The notes under the pieces were generated by a model. That model was not told the origin of the DNA. It saw only the letters and a program-made list of their open reading frames with translations, and did no database searches. A stretch of DNA of 64,000 nucleotides from Nemertoderma westbladi (lineage: Eukaryota > Animalia > Xenacoelomorpha). The stretch's first letter is position 1, and each line of letters starts with the position of its first letter. The DNA lies in the NCBI GenBank assembly GCA_032718475.1, contig JAUCBJ010008856.1:1-64000 (forward strand), in the 5' to 3' direction. This document shows positions 13,483 to 26,439 of the stretch, in pieces. Position numbers and translations under genes: made by a program.

Positions 13483-14753
13483 TCCACGAAGCTAAGGAAA
13501 ATCAACTACTTTCGCTAAGAAAGATTTTCCTTAGCTGAGATGGTCAATTCATAGTGGGCTATTTTACTTGTATGGAGCAGATTTGGGGTTTTTTGACCGG
13601 TGAAAAAACTAGCCTTTAAAAGTACCCTGAAATTTTGCATGTATATACTACTCGACAAGGCGCATCTTTTGGGCCGGGTCTCATATCCAGGAAAAATCTG
13701 GTTTCCATGGCAACGGACTTCAAAAAAAGTCTATGTATTTCAAGTCAATATTTATAACTCTATTTGTAGGAAAACTATAATAGATATAAACTTCGGGTTT
13801 CGCAACACAACTATAAGGTCCATAGCAGATCCGATTGAGGCTAAATAGAAAATCCAGTTACCTTGGCAACCGGGATAAACAGATGTTAAAATTTATAAAA
13901 TGTTAATTTGAGGCCTAAGGGCAAGGTGTTATGACTTGGGACCAACCCCTACCCCCACTATATAACTTATTCTGCATCTGAATTACATTGTTCTATTTTT
14001 CAATTACCATGACAACCGCTGAAAACAGATGTTTTTATTCAAAACTTATTCATTTGGACATAGACTTCACGATAAAATTTTACAAAACTGGGTATGTGTT
14101 ATCTGGACCACTAGTTGGAACTTTTAGTGAAACTTAAATTATTCCAGAAATTTAGTTACCATGGTAACTGTAGTTTATTAAACTCTATATCATTCAAATC
14201 TATATTGATAACTCTATTTGTAGCAAAACTGTAATATATATAAACTTGGGGTTTTGCAACTCATCTATAAGATCCATATCCAAGCCGTTTGAGGTTAATT
14301 AGAAAATACAGTTACCATAGCAACAAGTCTAAACAGATGTTAAAATTTATAAAATGATAATTTGAAGCACAAGATAATAGTATTATGACTTGGGACTAAC
14401 CCCTACCCCCACTATATGACTTATTCTGCATCCAAATTACATTGTTCTATTTTTAAGTTTCCATGACAACCACTGCAAACAGATGCATTTTGATAGAAAA
14501 TCGGTAATTTGGACATAAACTACAATATTTTCTGAAACTCAGTACATGTGTTATCTGAACCACAATCTGTACTGAATTTTTTTTCAAAGGTTAAAGCAAC
14601 AGTTCCATCGAACTCTAGTTTCCATGGGAATAGAAGTTAATTATTGACAATTGCTACTAAACGAGGCTAAGCAAGCAACGAACCAAAGTGTGGCCGTTTG
14701 TTTAATTTTCCTTAGCTTCGTGGTTGCATTTCCTTTAGGAAATGCCTTTCTCG
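13483..14753 (+). mobile_element. Complete HINE-like copy inserted in another HINE
   Basis: Flanks CCACACTA | TATAACTTATTC rejoin. Confidence 0.85.
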
Positions 14754-16422
14754 TATAACTTATTCTGCATCCGAATTACATTGTTCTATTTTTCAGTTAC
14801 CATGACAACCGCTGAAAACAGATGTTTTTATTCAAAACTTATTCATTTGGACATAGATTTCACGATAAAATTTTACAAAACTGGGTATGTGTTATCTGGA
14901 CCACTAGTTGGAACTTTTAGTGAAACTTAAATTATTCCAGAAATTTAGTTACCATGGTAACTGTAGTTTATTAAACTCTATATCATTCAAATCTATATTG
15001 ATAACTCTATTTGTAGCAAAACTGTAATATATATAAACTTGGGGTTTTGCAACTCATCTATAAGATCCATATCCAAGCCGTTTGAGGTCCACGAAGCTAA
15101 GGAAAATCAACTACTTTCGCTAAGAAAGATTTTCCTTAGCTGAGATGGTCTATTCATAGTGGGCTATTTTACTTGTGTGGGGCAGATTTGGGGTTTTTTG
15201 GTCGGGGAAAAAACTAGCCTTTAAAAGTACCCTGAAATTTTGCATGTATATACAACTCATCAAGGCGCGTCGTGTGGGATGGGTCTCAAATTCAGGAAAA
15301 ATCTGGTTTCCTTGGCAACGGACTTAGAAAAAAGTCTATGTATTTCAAGTCAATATTTATAACTCTATTTGTAGGAAAACTATAATACATATAAACTTGG
15401 GATTTCTCAACTCAACTATAAGGTCCATAGCAGAGCCGATTGAGGTTAAATAGAAATTCCAGTTACCTTGGCAACCGGGCTAAACAGATGTTAAAATTTA
15501 TAAAATGTTAATTTGAAGCCTAAGGTTTATGTGTTATGTCTTGGGACCAACCCCTACCCCCACTATATGACTTATTCTGCGTCCGAATTTCATTGTTTAA
15601 TTTTGCAGTTACCATGACAACCGCTGAAAACAGATGTTTTTATACGAAAATAACTCATTTGGACATAGACTTCACGATAAAATTTTACGAAACTGGATAT
15701 GTGTTATCTGGACCACTAGTTCGAACTTTTAGTGAAACTCAAAACATTCCAGAAATATCTAGTTACCGTGGTAACTGGAGTTTATTACAGATTATATCAT
15801 TCAGGTCTATATTCATAACTCTATTTGTAGAAAAACCGCAATAGATATAAACTTGGGGTTTCTCAACTCAACTACAAGGGCCATAGTCGAGCAGATTGAG
15901 GTAAATTAAAAAATCCTGTTACCATGACAACCAGGCTAAACAGACGTTAAAATTTATAAAATGATAATTTTAAGCAAAAGTTAAAGCTATTATGACATTG
16001 GACCAAGCCCTACCCCCTCTATATAACTTATTCTGCATCCGAATTACGTTGTTCTATTTCTCACTTTCCATGGCAACCGCTGAAAACATGAAAATTTGAA
16101 GCCTAAGGTTAAGGTGTTATGTCTTGGGACCAACCCCTACCCCCACTATATGACTTATTCTGCGTCCGAATTTCATTGTTTAATTTTGCAGTTACCATGA
16201 CAACCGCTGAAAACAGATGTTTTTATACTAAAATAATTCATTTGGACATAGACTTCGCGATACAATTTTACGAAACTGGGAATGTGTTATCTGGACCATT
16301 AGTTGGAACTTTTAGTGAAACTGAAAACATTCCAGAAATATCTTGTTACCATGGTAACTGGAGTTTATTAAAGTCTATATCATTCAAGTCTAAATTCAAT
16401 AAAAACTCTATTTGTAGCAAAA

Positions 16423-17691
16423 TCCACGAAGCTAAGGAAAATCAACTACTTTCGCTAAGAAAGATTTTCCTTAGCTGAGATGGTCTATTCATAGTGGGCT
16501 ATTTTACTTGTGTGAGGCAGATTTGGGGTTTTTTGATAGGTGAAAAAACTAACCTTTAAAAGTACCCTGAAATTTTGCATGTATATACTACTCGACGAGG
16601 CGCATCTTTTGGGCCGGGTCTCATATCCAGGAAAAATCTGGTTTCCATGGCAACGGACTTCAAAAAAAGTCTATGTATTTCAAGTCAATATTTATAACTC
16701 TATTTGTAGGAAAACTATAATAGTTATAAACTTGGGGTTTCGCAACACAACTATAAGGTCCATAGCAGATCCGATTGAGGCTAAATAGAAAATCCAGTTA
16801 CCTTGGCAACCGGGATAAACAGATGTTAAAATTTATAAAATGTTAATTTGAGGCCTAAGGGCAAGGTGTTATGACTTGGGACCAACCCCTACCCCCACTA
16901 TATAACGTATTCTGCATCTGAATTACATTGTTCTATTTTTCAGTTACCATGACAACCGCTGAAAACAGATGTTTTTATTCAAAACTTATTCATTTGGACC
17001 TAGACTTCACGATAAAATTTTACAAAACTGGGTATGTGTTATCTGGACCACTAGTTGGAACTTTTAGTGAAACTTAAATTATTCCAGAAATTTAGTTACC
17101 ATGGTAACTGTGTAGTTTATTAAACTCTATATCATTCAAATCTATATTGATAACTCTATTTGTAGCAAAACTGTAATATATATAAACTTGGGGTTTTGCA
17201 ACTCATCTATAAGATCCATATCCAAGCCGTTTGAGGTTAATTAGAAAATACAGTTACCATAGCAACAAGTCTAAACAGATGTTAAAATTTATAAAATGAT
17301 AATTTGAAGCACAAGTTAATAGTATTATGACTTGGGACTAACCCCTACCCCCACTATATGACTTATTCTGCATCCGAATTACATTGTTCTATTTTCCAGT
17401 TTCCATGACAACCACTGCAAACAGATGCATTTTGATAGAAAATCGGTAATTTGGACATAAACTACAATATTTTCTGAAACTCAGTATATGTGTTATCTGA
17501 ACCACAATCTGTACTGAATTTTTTTTCAAAGGTTAAAGCAACAGTTCCAGAGAACTCTAGTTTCCATGGGAATAGAAGTTAATTATTGACAATTGCTACT
17601 TAACGAGGCTAAGCAACGAACCAAAGTGTGGCCGTTTGTTTAATTTTCCTTAGCTTCGTGGTTGCATTTCCTTTAGGAAATGCCTTTCTCG
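16423..17691 (+). mobile_element. Complete HINE-like copy inserted in the HINE spanning 15088-18206
   Basis: Flanks GTAGCAAAA | TAATGTAATAAAT rejoin. Confidence 0.85.
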
Positions 17692-18246
17692 TAATGTAAT
17701 AAATATAAATTTGGGGTTTTGCAACTCATCTGTAAGGTCCATATACAATCCATTCGAGGTTAATTACACAATCCAATTACCATAGCAACAAGACTAAACA
17801 GATGTTAAAATTTCTAAAATGATAATTTGAAACACAAGTTAATAGTATTATGACTTGGGACCAAGACCTACCCCCACTATATGACTTATTCTGCATCCGA
17901 ATTACATTGTTCTATTTTTCAGTTTCCATGACAACCACTGCAAACAGATGCATTTTGATAGAAAATCGGTAATTTGGACATAAACTCAATATTTTCAAAA
18001 CTTGGTATGTGTTGAACCACAATCTGGACTGAATCTTTTTTCAAAGGTAAAACCAACAGTTCCAGAGAATTCTAGTTTCCATGGGAATATAAGTTATTTA
18101 TTGGCAAATGCTACTAAACTAGGCTAAGCAACAAACCAAATTGTGGCCCTTTGTTTAATTTTCCTTAGCTTCGTGGTTGCATTTCCTTTAGGAAATGCTT
18201 TTCTCGTAGCAACAAGACTATACAGATGTTAAAATTTATAAAATGA

Positions 18247-19513
18247 TCCACGAAGCTAAGGAAAATCAACTACTTTCGCTAAGAAAGATTTTCCTTAGCT
18301 GAGATGGTCTATTCATAGTGGGCTATTTTACTTGTATGGGGCAGATTTGGTTTTTTTTGGTCGGGGAAAAAACTAGCCTTTAAAAGTACCCTGAAATTTT
18401 GCATGTATATACAACTCATCAAGGCGCGTCGTGTGGGATGGGTCTCATCTCCAGGAAAAATCTGGTTTCCATGGCAACGGACTTAGAAAAAAGTCTATGT
18501 ATTTCAAGTCAATATTTGTAACTCTATTTGTAGGAAAACTATAATACATATAAACTTGGGGTTTCTCAACACAACTATAAGGTCCATAGCAGAGCCGATT
18601 GAGGTTAAATAGAAAATCCAGTTACCTTGGCAACCGGGCTAAACAGATGTTAAAATTTTTAAAATGTTAATTTGAAGCCTAAGGTTAAGGTGTGATGACT
18701 TGGGACCAATCCCTACCCCCACTATATAACTTATTCTGCGTCCGAATTTGATTGTTCTATTTTGCAGTTACCTTGACAACCGCTGAAAACAGATGTTTTT
18801 ATACGAAAATTATTCATTTGTACATAGACTTCACGATAAAATTTTACGAAACTAGGTATGTGTTATCTGGACCACTAGTTGGAACTTTTAGTGAAACTCA
18901 AAACATTCCAGAAATATCTAGTTACCATGGTAACTGTAGTTTTTTTAAAGTTATATATCATTCAAGTCTATAATCATAACTCTATTTGGAGAAAAACTGT
19001 AATATATATAAACTTGGGGTTTTGCAACTCATCTATAAGGTCCATATACAAGCCGTTCGAAGTTAATTAGAAAATCCATTTACCATAGCAACAAGAGTAA
19101 ACAGATGTTAAAATTAATAAAATGATAATTTGAAGCACAATTTAATAGTATTATGACTTGGGACCAACACCTACCCCCACTATATGACTTATTCTGCATC
19201 CGAATTACATTGTTCTATTTTTCAGTTTCCATGACAACCACTGCAAACAGATGCATTTTGATAGAAAATCTGTAATTTGGACATAAACTACAATATTTTC
19301 TGAAACTCGATGTGTTATCTGAAAAACAATCTGGACTGAATCTTTTTTCAAAGGTAAAACCAACAGTTCCAGAGAACTCTAGTTTCCATGGGAATAGAAG
19401 TTATTTATTGGCAAATGCTACTAAACTAGGCTAAGCAACGAACCAAATTGTGGCCGTTTGTTTAATTTTCCTTAGCTTCGTGGTTGCATTTCCTTTAGGA
19501 AATGCCTTTCTAG
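18247..19513 (+). mobile_element. Complete HINE-like copy inserted in another HINE
   Basis: Flanks TAAAATGA | TAATTTGAAGC rejoin. Confidence 0.85.
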
Positions 19514-22500
19514 TAATTTGAAGCACAAGTTAATCCACGAAGCTAAGGAAAATCAACTACTTTCGCTAAGAAAGATTTTCCTTAGCTGAGATGGTCTATT
19601 CATAGTGGGCTATTTTACTTGTATGGAGCAGATTTGGTTTTTTTTGACCGGGGAAAAAACTAGCCTTTAAAAGTACCCTGAAATTTTGCATGTATATACT
19701 ACTCGGCGAGGCGCATCTTTTGGGCCGGGTCTCATATCCAGGAAAAATCTGGTTTCCATGGCAACGGACTTCAAAAAAAGTCTATGTATTTCAAGTCAAT
19801 ATTTATAACTCTATTTGTAGGAAAACTATAATAGATATAAACTTGGGGATTCGCAACACAACTATAAGGTCCATAGCAGATCCGATTGAGGCTAAATAGA
19901 AAATCCAGTTACCTTGGCAACCGGGATAAACAGATGTTAAAATTTATAAAATGTAAATTTGAGGCCTAAGGGCAAGGTGTTATGACTTGGGACCAACCCT
20001 TACCCCCACTATATAACTTATTCTGCATCCGAATTACATTGTTCTATTTTTCAGTTACCATGACAACCGCTGAAAACAGATGTTTCTATACAAAAATAAC
20101 TCATTTGGACATAGACTTCGCGATAAAATTTTACAAAACTGGGTATGTGTTATCTGGACAACTAGTTGGAACTTTTAGTGGAACTCAAAACATTCCTGAA
20201 ATATCTAGTTACCGTGGTAACTGGAGTTTATTACAGATTATATCATTCAAGTCTATATTCATAACTCCATTGGTAGAAAAACCGTAATAGATATAAACTT
20301 TGGGTTTCTCAACTCAACTATAATGGCCATAGACGAACAGATTGAGGTAAATTTAAAAATCCTGTTACCATGGCAACCAGGCTAAACAGATGTTCAAATT
20401 TATAAAATGATAATTTTTAGCAAAAGTTAAAGGTATTATGACATGGGACCAATCCCTACCCCCTCTATATAACTTATTCTGCATCCGAATTACGTTGTTC
20501 TATTTTTCAGTTTCCATGGCAACCGCTGAAAACATATGTTTTGACACAAAAATTGTTCATTTTGTAGATAGACTAAACGATAACATTCTCTGAAACTGGG
20601 TATGTGTTATCTGGACTCCTATTTGGAACTTTTTGAAAAACTCAAAACTTCTAGAAATATCTAGTGACCATGGTAACTGGAGTTTATTAAAATCATTTCT
20701 ATTACATTAAAGTCTATATTTTTAACTCTATTTGTACAACAACCATAATAGATCGAAACTTGAAGTTTTTCAACTCAATTAATAATAATAGATCGAAACT
20801 TGAAGTTTTTCAACTCAATTATAAGGACAATAGTTGCGCTTATTGAGGTCAATTAGAAAATTCAGTTAACAGGCAACCAGGTTAAACAGATGTTCAACTT
20901 TATAAAATAATTACTTAAGCCATAACATTAAGATATTACGACTTGGGACCAACCCCTACCCCCACTATATCACTTATTCTGCATCCAATTAACGTTTTAA
21001 TATTTATCAGTTTACAAGACAACCACTGCAAACTGATGTTTTAACAAATACATCCTTAATTTTGGACATCAACTACTCAATGAAACTTCCTTGAAGTCAA
21101 TTTGTGTCACGGAACTACAAACTGGATCCTCATGTAAAACCGAGCAGTTCTAGAAAACTCCAGTTGCCATGGTGATGGGAGTTGTATTAAGACATATGAC
21201 TTTTAACTAGTACCAATGAACTGATGAGTCAAAGTGTGTTTAATTTTCCTTAGCTTCGTGGTTGCATTTCCTTTAGGAAATGCCTTTCTAGTAGTATTAT
21301 GACTTGGGACCAACACCTACCCCCACTATATGACTTATTCTGCATCCGAATTACATTGTTCTATTTTTCAGTTTCCATGACAACCACTGCAAACAGATGC
21401 ATTTTGATAGAAAATCTGTAATTTGGACATAAACTACAATATTTTCTGAAACTCGATGTGTTATCTGAAAAACAATCTGGACTGAATCTTTTTTCAAAGG
21501 TAAAACCAACAGTTCCAGAGAACTCTAGTTTCCATGGGAATAGAAGTTATTTATTGGCAAATGCTACTAAACTAGGCTAAGCAACGAACCAAATTGTGGC
21601 CGTTTGTTTAATTTTCCTTAGCTTCGTGGTTGCATTTCCTTTAGGAAATGCCTTTCTAGTAATTTGAAGCACAAGTTAATCCACGAAGCTAAGGAAAATC
21701 AACTACTTTCGCTAAGAAAGATTTTCCTTAGCTGAGATGGTCTATTCATAGTGGGCTATTTTACTTGTATGGAGCAGATTTGGTTTTTTTTGACCGGGGA
21801 AAAAACTAGCCTTTAAAAGTACCCTGAAATTTTGCATGTATATACTACTCGGCGAGGCGCATCTTTTGGGCCGGGTCTCATATCCAGGAAAAATCTGGTT
21901 TCCATGGCAACGGACTTCAAAAAAAGTCTATGTATTTCAAGTCAATATTTATAACTCTATTTGAAGGAAAACTATAATAGATATAAACTTGGGGATTCGC
22001 AACACAACTATAAGGTCCATAGCAGATCCGATTGAGGCTAAATAGAAAATCCAGTTACCTTGGCAACCGGGATAAACAGATGTTAAAATTTATAAAATGT
22101 AAATTTGAGGCCTAAGGGCAAGGTGTTATGACTTGGGACCAACCCTTACCCCCACTATATAACTTATTCTGCATCCGAATTACATTGTTCTATTTTTCAG
22201 TTACCATGACAACCGCTGAAAACAGATGTTTCTATACAAAAATAACTCATTTGGACATAGACTTCGCGATAAAATTTTACAAAACTGGGTATGTGTTATC
22301 TGGACAACTAGTTGGAACTTTTAGTGGAACTCAAAACATTCCTGAAATATCTAGTTACCGTGGTAACTGGAGTTTATTACAGATTATATCATTCAAGTCT
22401 ATATTCATAACTCCATTGGTAGAAAAACCGTAATAGATATAAACTTTGGGTTTCTCAACTCAACTATAATGGCCATAGACGAACAGATTGAGGTAAATTT

Positions 22501-23437
22501 AAAAATCCTGTTACCATGGCAACCAGGCTAAACAGATGTTCAAATTTATAAAATGATAATTTTTAGCAAAAGTTAAAGGTATTATGACATGGGACCAATC
22601 CCTACCCCCTCTATATAACTTATTCTGCATCCGAATTACGTTGTTCTATTTTTCAGTTTCCATGGCAACCGCTGAAAACATATGTTTTGACACAAAAATT
22701 GTTCATTTTGTAGATAGACTAAACGATAACATTCTCTGAAACTGGGTATGTGTTATCTGGACTCCTATTTGGAACTTTTTGAAAAACTCAAAACTTCTAG
22801 AAATATCTAGTGACCATGGTAACTGGAGTTTATTAAAATCATTTCTATTACATTAAAGTCTATATTTTTAACTCTATTTGTACAACAACCATAATAGATC
22901 GAAACTTGAAGTTTTTCAACTCAATTAATAATAATAGATCGAAACTTGAAGTTTTTCAACTCAATTATAAGGACAATAGTTGCGCTTATTGAGGTCAATT
23001 AGAAAATTCAGTTAACAGGCAACCAGGTTAAACAGATGTTCAACTTTATAAAATAATTACTTAAGCCATAACATTAAGATATTACGACTTGGGACCAACC
23101 CCTACCCCCACTATATCACTTATTCTGCATCCAATTAACGTTTTAATATTTATCAGTTTACAAGACAACCACTGCAAACTGATGTTTTAACAAATACATC
23201 CTTAATTTTGGACATCAACTACTCAATGAAACTTCCTTGAAGTCAATTTGTGTCACGGAACTACAAACTGGATCCTCATGTAAAACCGAGCAGTTCTAGA
23301 AAACTCCAGTTGCCATGGTGATGGGAGTTGTATTAAGACATATGACTTTTAACTAGTACCAATGAACTGATGAGTCAAAGTGTGTTTAATTTTCCTTAGC
23401 TTCGTGGTTGCATTTCCTTTAGGAAATGCCTTTCTAG
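19146..23437 (+). repeat. Tandem duplication, period 2146 bp (19146-21291 / 21292-23437), containing long HINE copies 19534-21291 and 21680-23437
   Basis: Identical track ORFs at 19982 and 22128, and an identical junction spacer TAATTTGAAGCACAAGTTAA. Confidence 0.85.
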
Positions 23438-23822
23438 TAGTATTATGACTTGGGACCAACACCTACCCCCACTCTATGACTTATTCTGCATCCGAATTAC
23501 ATTGTTCTATTTTTCAGTTTCCCTGACAACCACTGCAAACAAACCGATGCATTTTCATAGAAAATCGGTAATTTGGACATAAACTACAATATTTTCTGAA
23601 ACTCGGTATATATGTTATCTGAACCACAATCTGGACTAAATCTTTTTTCAAAGGTTAAACCAACAGTTCCAGAAAACTGTAGTTTCCATGGGAATATAAG
23701 TTAATTATATTGGAAAATGCTACTAAACTAGGCTAAGTTAAGCAACGAACCAAAGTGTGGCCGTTTGTTTAATTTTCCTTAGCTTCGTGGTTGCATTTCC
23801 TTTAGGAAATGCCTTTCTAGTG

Positions 23823-25093
23823 TCCACGAAGCTAAGGAAAATCAACTACTTTCGCTAAGAAAGATTTTCCTTAGCTGAGATGGTCTATTCATAGTGGGCT
23901 ATTTTACTTGTGTGAGGCAGATTTGGGATTTTTTGACCGGTGAAAAAACTAGCCTTTAAAAGTACCCTGAAATTTTGCATGTATATACTACTCATCGAGG
24001 CGCATCTTTTGCGCCGGGTCTCATATCCAGGAAAAATCTGGTTTCCATGGAAACGGACTTATAAAAAAGTCTCTGTATTTCAAGTCAATATTTAAAACTC
24101 TATTTGTAGGGAAACTATAATAGATATAAACTTGGGGTTTCTCAACTCAACTATAAGGTCCATAGCAGAGCCGATTGAGGTTAAATAGAAAATCCAGTTA
24201 CCTTGGCAACCAGGCTAAACAGATGTTAAAATTTATAAAATGATAATTTGAAGCCTAAGGAGAAGGTGTTATGACTTGGGACCAACACCTACCCCCACTA
24301 TATAATTTATTCTGCGTCCGAATTTCATTGTTTTATTTTGCAGTTACCATGACAACCGCTGAAAACAGATGTTTTTATGCAAAAATTACTCATTTGGACA
24401 TAGACTTCGCGATAAAATTTTACGAAACTGGGTATGTGTTATCTGGACCACTAGTTGGAACTTTTAGTGAAACAAAAAAAACATTCCAGAAATACCTAGT
24501 TACCATGGTAACTGTAGTTTATCAAAGTCTATATCATTCAAATCTAAATTCAATACTCTATTTGTAGCAAAATAATGTAATATATATAAATTTGGGGTTT
24601 TGCAACACATCTATAAGGTCCATATACAAGCCGTTCGAGGTTAATTACACAATCCAGTTACCATAGCAACAAGACTAAACAGATGTTAAAATTTATAAAA
24701 TGATAATTTGAAGCACAAGTTAATAGTATTATGACTTGGGACCAAGACCTACCCCCACTATATGACTTATTCTGCATCCAAATTACATTGTTCTATTTTT
24801 CAGTTTTCATGACAACCACCGCAAACAGATGCATTTTGAAGGAAAATCGGTAATTTGGACATAAACTACAATATTTTCTGAAACTTGGTATGTGTTATCT
24901 GAACCACAATCTGGACTGAATCTTTTTTCAAAGGTAAAACCAACAGTTCCAGATAACTCTAGTTTCCATGGGAATAGAAGTTGATTATTGGCAAATGCTA
25001 CTAAACTAGGCTAAGCAACGAACCAAAGTGTGGCGGTTTGTTTAATTTTCCTTAGCTTCGTGGTTGCATTTCCTTTAGGAAATGCCTTTCTAG
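23823..25093 (+). mobile_element. Complete HINE-like copy
   Basis: Both termini present; flanks TG | TTATCTGAACC rejoin. Confidence 0.8.
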
Positions 25094-25173
25094 TTATCTG
25101 AACCACAATCTGTACTGAATTTTTTTTCAAAGGTTAAAGCAACAGTTCCAGAGAACTCTAGTTTCCATGGGAA

Positions 25174-26439
25174 TCCACGAAGCTAAGGAAAATCAACTAC
25201 TTTCGCTAAGAAAGATTTTCCTTAGCTGAGATGGTCTATTCATAGTGGGCTATTTTACTTGTATGGGGCAGATTTGGTTTTTTTTGACCCCCGGCAAATC
25301 TAGCCTTTAAAAGTACCCTGAAATTTTGCATGTATATACTACTCGGCGAGGCGCATCTTTTGGGCCGGGTCTCATATCCAGGAAAAATCTGGTTTCCATG
25401 GCAACGGACTTCAAAAAAAGTCTATGTATTTCAAGTCAATATTTATAACTCTATTTGTAGGAATACTGTAATAGATATAAACTTGGGGTTTCGCAACACA
25501 ACTATAAGGTCCATAGCAGATCCGATTGAGCCTAAATAGAAAATCCAGTTACCTTGGCAACCGGGCTAAACAGATGTTAAAATTTATAAAATGTTAATTT
25601 GTGGCCTAAGGGCAAGGTGTTATGACTTGGGACCAACCCCTACCCCCACTATATAACTTATTCTGCATCCGAATTACATTGTTCTATTTTTCAGTTACCA
25701 TGACAACCGCAGAAAACAGTTGTTTTTATACAAAAATTATTCATTTGGACATAGACTTCGCGATAAAATTTTACAAAACTGGGTATGTGTTATCTGGACC
25801 ACTAGTTGGAACTTTTAGTGAAACTTAAATTATTCCAGAAATTTAGTTACCATGGTAACTGTAATTTATTAAACTCTATATCATTCAAGTCTATATTGAT
25901 AACTCTATTTGTAGCAAAACTGTAATATATATAAACTTGGGGTTTTGCAACTCATCTATAAGATCCATATCCAAGCCGTTTGAGGTTAATTAGAAAATAC
26001 AGTTACCATAGCAACAAGTCTAAACAGATGTTAAAATTTATAAAATCATATTTGAAGCACAAGTTAATAGTATTATGACTTGGGACTAACCCCTACCCCC
26101 ACTATATGACTTATTCTGCATCCGAATTACATTGTTCTATTTTTCAGTTTCCATGACAACCACTGCAAACATATGCATTTTGATAGAAAATCAGTAATTT
26201 GGACATAAACTACAATATTTTCTGAAACTCAGTATATGTGTTATCTGAACCACAATCTGTACTGAATTTTTTTTCAAAGGTTAAAGCAACAGTTCCAGAG
26301 AACTCTAGTTTCCATGGGAATAGAAGTTAATTATTGACAATTGCTACTAAACGAGGCTAAGCAACGAACCAAAGTGTGGCCGTTTGTTTAATTTTCCTTA
26401 GCTTCGTGGTTGCATTTCCTTTAGGAAATGCCTTTCTCG
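25174..26439 (+). mobile_element. Complete HINE-like copy inserted in another HINE
   Basis: Flanks CATGGGAA | TAGAAGTTAAT rejoin. Confidence 0.85.
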
